Shown here one piece after another: positions 58,326 through 64,000 of a stretch of 64,000 nt of DNA. Made by a program: the position numbers and the translations under genes. The notes below the pieces were generated by a model that saw only the letters and a program-made list of their open reading frames with translations, was not told where the DNA came from and ran no database searches. Source of the stretch: an uncultured archaeon (GTDB taxonomy: Archaea; Asgardarchaeota; Lokiarchaeia; Sigyniarchaeales; SOKP01); assembly GCA_964632315.1 (NCBI GenBank), contig CAZWEM010000017.1:1-64000 (forward strand), read 5' to 3'. How positions within the stretch are numbered: position 1 is the first letter of the stretch; the number at the start of each line of letters is the position of its first letter.

Positions 58326-59156
58326 TCAGTAATTCCAATTGAATTCGCTAAATAATGGACCTGCTCTTTCTATTATGATCTTTTCAATGCCCTTATCTAA
58401 TTCAAATTTCCATCTTTCATCAAGTTTGATTGATAAAGGATGATCACGATAATAATATTCATTCCTTTTAGTTAATAACCACTCTTCCTCATAATTTTTC
58501 GCTTTTAAGAGAAGATAATGTGTACCTATATTTCCACCTATAGAATGATGATCTTTGTGATAATAATTTTTCATCTCTGGTTCATAATTAATTTCTAAGA
58601 ACGCACAGAGTCTCTCGATTATTTGATCTGGATTTAGGGTTAAATCTTCATAATAAATCTCAATCTTCTTTCCTTTGAAATCAGTAAACAATTCTTTTGT
58701 TTCTCTGATATGTTCATACCAACTATCAATAAGTTCCTCTATAGGTTTATTTGGATATTTACGAGCTAAGGAATTGATTACTGCTCTAACATCCCTTTTT
58801 AGAAAAATTAGACAAGTATCTAATTTAATATATTCAGCTAATTCCAGTTGTTTGTGTATCCACTCTAAATTTTTGGTGGAATCAATTATAATAGACTTTT
58901 TAGTTAATTCATTTAATTGAAGATATAAATTAGGACCATTTGGATTTACTTTATTCCAAATTCTGCAATCCTTTCCACATAGTCGACAGAATTTTCTTTC
59001 CTCCTCAAAATTAGGATCATTGAAGAAGATTACTTTATTCGCTTCACCAGCAAAAAATGCTGTGCTATGACTACCTAAAATCAATCCAACCAAGGTTGAA
59101 CCAGAATGTGGTGCTCCGATAATGAAACACAATTTACAGCTTTTTACATCATTCAT
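58326..59156 (-). CDS. Sulfotransferase
   Basis: 5'-PSB GAPHSGSTL, IIDSTK, 3'-PB RDVRAVINS, YEDLTLNP. Confidence 0.88.
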   Translation of the reverse strand: MNDVKSCKLCFIIGAPHSGSTLVGLILGSHSTAFFAGEANKVIFFNDPNFEEERKFCRLCGKDCRIWNKVNPNGPNLYLQLNELTKKSIIIDSTKNLEWIHKQLELAEYIKLDTCLIFLKRDVRAVINSLARKYPNKPIEELIDSWYEHIRETKELFTDFKGKKIEIYYEDLTLNPDQIIERLCAFLEINYEPEMKNYYHKDHHSIGGNIGTHYLLLKAKNYEEEWLLTKRNEYYYRDHPLSIKLDERWKFELDKGIEKIIIERAGPLFSEFNWNY

Positions 59157-59193
59157 GATTTCTTTTCTAAAAGATTACTTATTATTCTTCCAA

Positions 59194-60582
59194 TCAAAGA
59201 AGTTCGAGGAGTTCATCTTCGTTATTAACATGAGGAAATGGTGCATCGAGTGCATTCTTCCCAAAGAAGGGACATAATTTCTCCCAACCTTCTCCTTTCG
59301 TAATATCAATTACTAATAAATCATCTGTTCTATCCTTAAAGTAGTCTAAGACGTCCTTGTGATACACATCATATACATTAGAAAGTCTCTGCTCATTAAA
59401 CGTATATATGCCATATACTGCAGCCCTAAGGAATCTCCTGATTTTTAGATGGGTTTCCGTTTGTTTTAGATCATCATAAGGAGGTCTATCTTCCCAATGG
59501 CTTCTAAGAGATTCTAGCCACTTTTTCTTTTCTCGAATAGTTAATATAAATTTGCTATTTGGAAATAATTGGTCTAGTTCTCTGTAATAGGGAGAAACGG
59601 TTATATCTGATATTCCATCATAATCTTGCAGAATAGTAAAATTATAATGTCCATGAATTAGTTCATAATGAGTCACTTTATCTATGGGGTAATGAATTAC
59701 GTTTGTTCCCAAAATATTTAGTGCTTTTGTAAGACTTTTTGTGCTAGTTCTACTCAATCCCAAGCAAAATACTTTTTGAGCATCATCTCCAAAAGCGCCC
59801 ATGATGTTGGCTGCAGCTTTAAGATCCTTTACAAGATCTAACTTTAGAGGTTTTTTTTCCTCTAATCCTAATTCTTGCACGATAAATCGAGCTATAGCAG
59901 GTAAATTCTCAATAAACTCTGATATTTTCATTGGTGAAGTATCTAGAGGAACCTTCTTTTTAGCGAATTTAATAGCTTCTAAGGCAACAACAAAATCTTT
60001 ATCTTCATATTTCCAATTATCGATCGCTGCTTGAAGCTTTGCTTTAGGATACTCCTCTCTACTTCTCAATTCTCTAATAGCACATTTAATAAAGACATGT
60101 TCGTAATATTGATAAAAATCATGTAAAATCTTAAATCGCTTATATTTCTTTTTAGTTTTTAAATTCTCTAAAGCAACATTTCTAATTGCTGTTTCGGGTT
60201 TAAGAACATAGAGTAAGTCCTCGTTATTCAAGGATACTTTTTTCATCTCTTCAACGACATCTCTTCTGGTAATGTGAACACCCATATGCACGTATCCTCG
60301 AAATTTATCAAGAACATAGCAATCAACATATGGAATATCGTTTTCTTCAATAAATGGTCTTAAATCCTCAAAGATCAAACAATCAGCATCCATAAACACA
60401 ACCAGTTCAGTGTCATCGTCGTATTCAATCTTCAATATTTCTTCCATCGCCTTTGAAAAAGGTTTTATTTCTCTTATTGTGTGAATTTTCCAAGGCTGGA
60501 TGTTTTGTTTTGCAAATTCAAGTGCGATTTCACTTGTTCTCTCTCCTATAGTTCGATACACTAATTCAACTTTTTTCATCAT
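59194..60582 (-). CDS. Glycosyltransferase-like N-terminal domain fused to a sulfotransferase-like (Sulfotransfer_4) domain
   Basis: N-terminal FMDAD (DxD); C-terminal GLSRTSTKSL, KFILTIRE..KWLES, EGWEKLCPFF, PFPHVN. Confidence 0.75.
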   Translation of the reverse strand: MMKKVELVYRTIGERTSEIALEFAKQNIQPWKIHTIREIKPFSKAMEEILKIEYDDDTELVVFMDADCLIFEDLRPFIEENDIPYVDCYVLDKFRGYVHMGVHITRRDVVEEMKKVSLNNEDLLYVLKPETAIRNVALENLKTKKKYKRFKILHDFYQYYEHVFIKCAIRELRSREEYPKAKLQAAIDNWKYEDKDFVVALEAIKFAKKKVPLDTSPMKISEFIENLPAIARFIVQELGLEEKKPLKLDLVKDLKAAANIMGAFGDDAQKVFCLGLSRTSTKSLTKALNILGTNVIHYPIDKVTHYELIHGHYNFTILQDYDGISDITVSPYYRELDQLFPNSKFILTIREKKKWLESLRSHWEDRPPYDDLKQTETHLKIRRFLRAAVYGIYTFNEQRLSNVYDVYHKDVLDYFKDRTDDLLVIDITKGEGWEKLCPFFGKNALDAPFPHVNNEDELLELL

Positions 60583-61035
60583 TTCTTCCTTTTTTTAGTA
60601 TTAGCTTCAAATTTATCAAAATATATCATCAGGTTTAAAAAATCTTCTCAAGAATGGGTAAAATTTTGATTTCAGAGAAAATTAAAACATTTAAGCTAGT
60701 TAAATGGGTAGAATTTTCAGTCATACTATATTTTATGCATTTCCTCTGTACAATATTAATAATTAATACTAAATTTTAATCTATTTTTGTTATGAAATTA
60801 ATTAAAATGTTATACATTATTAAGTCTTCTTGTTTATAAATTTATTGTAAGTCTTTTAGAGAGAAGTAAATGCAAGTAAATATTATTCTCGTCTATTTTA
60901 ATTTGATAATTTATTGGTTAAAATCTACGATAAACATCATTAATAATGGGATTTCAATGGGCCTGTTTTAACTCCGCATAGTTTACAATTTTTAGTTTAT
61001 TAGAAATTGATTTATACAATTGATCTTTAAATTTA

Positions 61036-61602
61036 TTGAAGAAAATGGAATGGTTCAGATCCCTCCTTCAAAAAATGTTAGCTGAGACTTTAGATGATCT
61101 CAAAAGTGACTCCGATTACATAAAAATGAAGTTACCAATAGAAAAAATCACCAATCAATTTGAAAAATCTTTAAAGATTCGAGCTGAACATGGCATTATT
61201 AATGCAAAGATTAGAGAAGCTAAGCTTAGTGATATTGAGATTTTTCAAAAATTACATGAATTAATTTGGCAAAACACGCATATGCGATATAAACCATTTT
61301 CAAGTGATCTTTTAAGAGATCTAATAAAAGATCCAAACATAACATTTTTGATCGCACAAGTTGATGGTATTGACAGCGGTTTCGGAATCGTATATTTTAC
61401 GGGAAATAAAAAAGATGTTGGAGTAGTTGCTGCATTAGGAGTTCTCCCGACGCTTCAAGGGAAAGGATTAGGAACCATTTTAGGTCTTAAAATATGGGAA
61501 TTTTTTAAAAATAAGGGTCTTAAAGAATTACATTGTAGGGTTTCAAAAGAAAATAAAAATGGGTATAAATTTATTCGAAGTCTTGGATTCGAAGAATATT
61601 AA
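61036..61602 (+). CDS. GNAT N-acetyltransferase (tandem paralog 1)
   Basis: GVLPTLQGKGLG, N..GYKFIRSLGF. Confidence 0.85.
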   Translation: MKKMEWFRSLLQKMLAETLDDLKSDSDYIKMKLPIEKITNQFEKSLKIRAEHGIINAKIREAKLSDIEIFQKLHELIWQNTHMRYKPFSSDLLRDLIKDPNITFLIAQVDGIDSGFGIVYFTGNKKDVGVVAALGVLPTLQGKGLGTILGLKIWEFFKNKGLKELHCRVSKENKNGYKFIRSLGFEEY

Positions 61603-61620
61603 ATTAGGTGGATTTTTAAG

Positions 61621-62208
61621 ATGGGAAAATTAAAATCTTTTTTCTTAAAATTTTCGAGGGAATTAATGAGTATAGGAAACAAGGATATAAATTATATTCA
61701 AATGCGACTTCCTGTATCAATGATAACCCCAGATTATGAACAAAACTTAAAGGATAGAGTTTCACTTGATATTTTAAAAGCTGAAATTCGAGAAGCAACT
61801 ATGGATGATTTAGAAAGTCTTATAGTTCTTCATGATTTAGCTTGGCATTCTACTCCAATGCCATATCGACCTTTGGATAAAGAATTAATTATTGAGAACA
61901 TAAAGGATGATGAGATTATCTTTCTCATTGCAAAAGTTAATGGAATAGATAGTGGATTTGCATTGATATATTTCACAGGTACCGATAAAAAAATTGGAGT
62001 AATTGCAGGAATGGGAGTTCTTCCTCGATTACAGAAAAGAGGGTTGGGAACAATGTTAGGTTTAGAGACGTGGAATTATTTTAAAACTCGTGGTGTAGTC
62101 GAGTTGCGATGTAAAGTATATATTGATAACAAAGCTTCCTATAATTTTATCAGAGGCCTAAAGTTTGAAGAATATGATGATGATTTTGTCCAATGGAAAA
62201 TGCTTTAA
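61621..62208 (+). CDS. GNAT N-acetyltransferase (tandem paralog 2)
   Basis: GVLPRLQKRGLG, NKASYNFIRGLKF. Confidence 0.85.
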   Translation: MGKLKSFFLKFSRELMSIGNKDINYIQMRLPVSMITPDYEQNLKDRVSLDILKAEIREATMDDLESLIVLHDLAWHSTPMPYRPLDKELIIENIKDDEIIFLIAKVNGIDSGFALIYFTGTDKKIGVIAGMGVLPRLQKRGLGTMLGLETWNYFKTRGVVELRCKVYIDNKASYNFIRGLKFEEYDDDFVQWKML

Positions 62209-62419
62209 TTACGATTGCATGCTTTTTGAGATAATAGCATCGCTAATTTAATCATGAAAATCAAAAATTAAGGAGCATTTTAAGTCCCTTATTTAAATAT
62301 ATGTTTTTTAAAATCTTCTGTTATCAAAATCAATTCATTTTGTCGCTTTGATAAAGTTTAAAACCAATTAACGATGCTAGTATATCAAATTTAATTATAA
62401 CCCCTTTTTGGTCTCTAAA

Positions 62420-62551
62420 ATGGAGTATGGGAACTCTGAGAAAAAAACCGAAATTTGGCTAAAGTATTGCGAAGCATGTGTAACTTCTAAAATCGAGCAT
62501 GAACATCAAGTTAATTATGATGATCGTTGTTCTGGATGCAAAGAAGAATGA
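62420..62551 (+). CDS. Putative 43-aa CxxC...CxxC microprotein (not in ORF track)
   Basis: MEYGNSEKKTEIWLKYCEACVTSKIEHEHQVNYDDRCSGCKEE. Confidence 0.45.
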   Translation: MEYGNSEKKTEIWLKYCEACVTSKIEHEHQVNYDDRCSGCKEE

Positions 62552-62982
62552 AAGCTTTGAAAACAACTCAAATTTCTCCCCTTTCTTTTTTAATTTCCTT
62601 ATAGATTCAATATTATTTGAATGACATTACCTTTTTAATTTGGCTTATGGTCATGTCAATTTAGATATATGCTCTTATTTCAAAAGAAGCAAAAGAAAAT
62701 TATCTATTACATAAAATTGGAATTTAATAAGATAGGAATTCCAAAACAGTTGTTCAAAGCCTACATGAGGTATTGGAAAAAAAAATATTTTTAGATTTCA
62801 AATTTATTCATGAATATTAATAAGATATACTACTAATATAAATTCTTAAAATTAAAACGGATAATGATTTTAAATTGATATTTCAATGAATTTCATCGAA
62901 AAATGATCTTCCTGTTTGATGTTATAATAAAATTGATAAGAGACTTGAAAAAAAATAGAGGAAAAAATTTATAATTAGAATT

Positions 62983-63801
62983 TTAGGAAATTTTTGAACC
63001 ACAATCAGGACAATACTTACCTTCACCCTTTAATTCAGAACCACAGTTAGGACAAAATTTTGGGCGGGTCCCAACCACCTTTTCTTCAACAGCATACGGA
63101 GATTTCGTGGGTTGACTAACTGGTGCTACAGGAGTTACGGGTGGTTGTGGAGCTTTAGGGGCATTAGGCATTGGGGGTTTTGCGACAGTAGGCATGCTAT
63201 ATCTATTTTCGAGTTTAGCAAGTTTAAAGAACCCTATAACTTGGAGAATGAATCCGATTATAGCAGTAATGATAAGGAACCCAAGAGCATAAAGCAAGGC
63301 TCCTGTTCTTAGCTTTTCTGCACCATCAATAGTCTCTCGAGCAATATGTTCCGGAAACATAGATCTGTTTTCTTCTAAAAAATATTTCAAGTTATCCCAT
63401 GCTTTCATTTCAATTGAATAAGAAATGATGAAAAGAATGAAGGAAATTACTACAGGAACAATACCAATTAGAAGATTAAACCAATAATAACTGGGAATAT
63501 AACCCATACCCATAGGTAAGGCTCCAAACGGGAATACCAATAAAACAATACCTACTATAAGAAATGGGATACACACAAATTTCAATACGAAAGCGGTGAT
63601 ATATTTCGACCGGAATTCATCTAAATATTGGCTATTTAACCTATAGTTTATCATTTTAATGTTTCCAAGGGCCATAAATAGAAAAATTGCAGCTATAATA
63701 CCAGTAATGCCAGTAACTATCGTTAAAACTGTCATAATGGCTACGAGATTCATATTCTTTCCGAAGTCACGCCATAGAGACTCTAATTCTTCATCTGACA
63801 A
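62983..63801 (-). CDS. DUF996/DUF973-like membrane protein with Pro-rich linker and C-terminal zinc ribbon
   Basis: Multiple TM helices; PPMPNAPKAPQPP; FCPNCG...YCPDCG; GGTGA SD before the TTG start. Confidence 0.75.
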   Translation of the reverse strand: MSDEELESLWRDFGKNMNLVAIMTVLTIVTGITGIIAAIFLFMALGNIKMINYRLNSQYLDEFRSKYITAFVLKFVCIPFLIVGIVLLVFPFGALPMGMGYIPSYYWFNLLIGIVPVVISFILFIISYSIEMKAWDNLKYFLEENRSMFPEHIARETIDGAEKLRTGALLYALGFLIITAIIGFILQVIGFFKLAKLENRYSMPTVAKPPMPNAPKAPQPPVTPVAPVSQPTKSPYAVEEKVVGTRPKFCPNCGSELKGEGKYCPDCGSKIS

Positions 63802-64000
63802 TTATTTCACCTTTTTATTATATTTTTAATATTAATCGTTATTATAGATTCATTAAAAGAGATTTAAATAATTATTATGGTCCAATTTTTAATCTAAATC
63901 AATTTATTAATTAAATTGAAAGAACGATTGAATTTTATGATTATGAATTTCTCATTAAAGGGTTTATTATTTAAAGCATATCCTCTTATCTCTCTAAGTA

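Noticed and set aside
1-64000. tRNA, rRNA, transposases, integrases, proviral genes
   Set aside because: None recognised by eye; a tRNAscan-SE/Infernal run would be needed to exclude small RNAs

Overview
AT-rich (roughly 30% GC by eye) archaeal chromosomal window with no mobile elements or CRISPR visible. An archaeal-type uL16/L10e, an archaeal RNase P RNA, GGTGA Shine-Dalgarno sites and the gene repertoire (NosD/Ig-repeat surface proteins, stand-alone 7TM proteins, MglA-like GTPase, arrestin-like and PCI-like proteins) point to an Asgard archaeon, most likely Lokiarchaeia (inference). Housekeeping content: dnaK/grpE (divergent), dnaJ, rnpB, rpl10e, a B12-dependent acyl-CoA mutase operon with MeaB, an MttB + UroD/MtaA-family pair, a FetAB-like ABC transporter, a CoA-disulfide reductase-rhodanese-TusA-DsrE fusion, a sulfatase + radical SAM pair, two sulfotransferases and several GNATs. 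The largest feature is a 10.2-kb gene for a 3398-aa surface protein with 33 Ig-like repeats showing mosaic repeat homogenisation. Best leads: (1) a cluster of PCI-like protein, MglA-like GTPase and arrestin-fold protein, plus three orphan 7TM proteins elsewhere in the window; (2) the giant, probably glycosylated adhesin and its palindrome-rich promoter shared with an unannotated rubredoxin-like microprotein; (3) an isobutyryl-CoA-mutase-type active site with extra substitutions; (4) a sulfatase coupled to a non-anSME radical SAM; (5) an acyl-CoA synthetase alpha subunit lacking its catalytic His; (6) several microproteins and stop/frameshift/start-codon anomalies missed by the ORF track. All family calls are from motif recognition, with no database searches.
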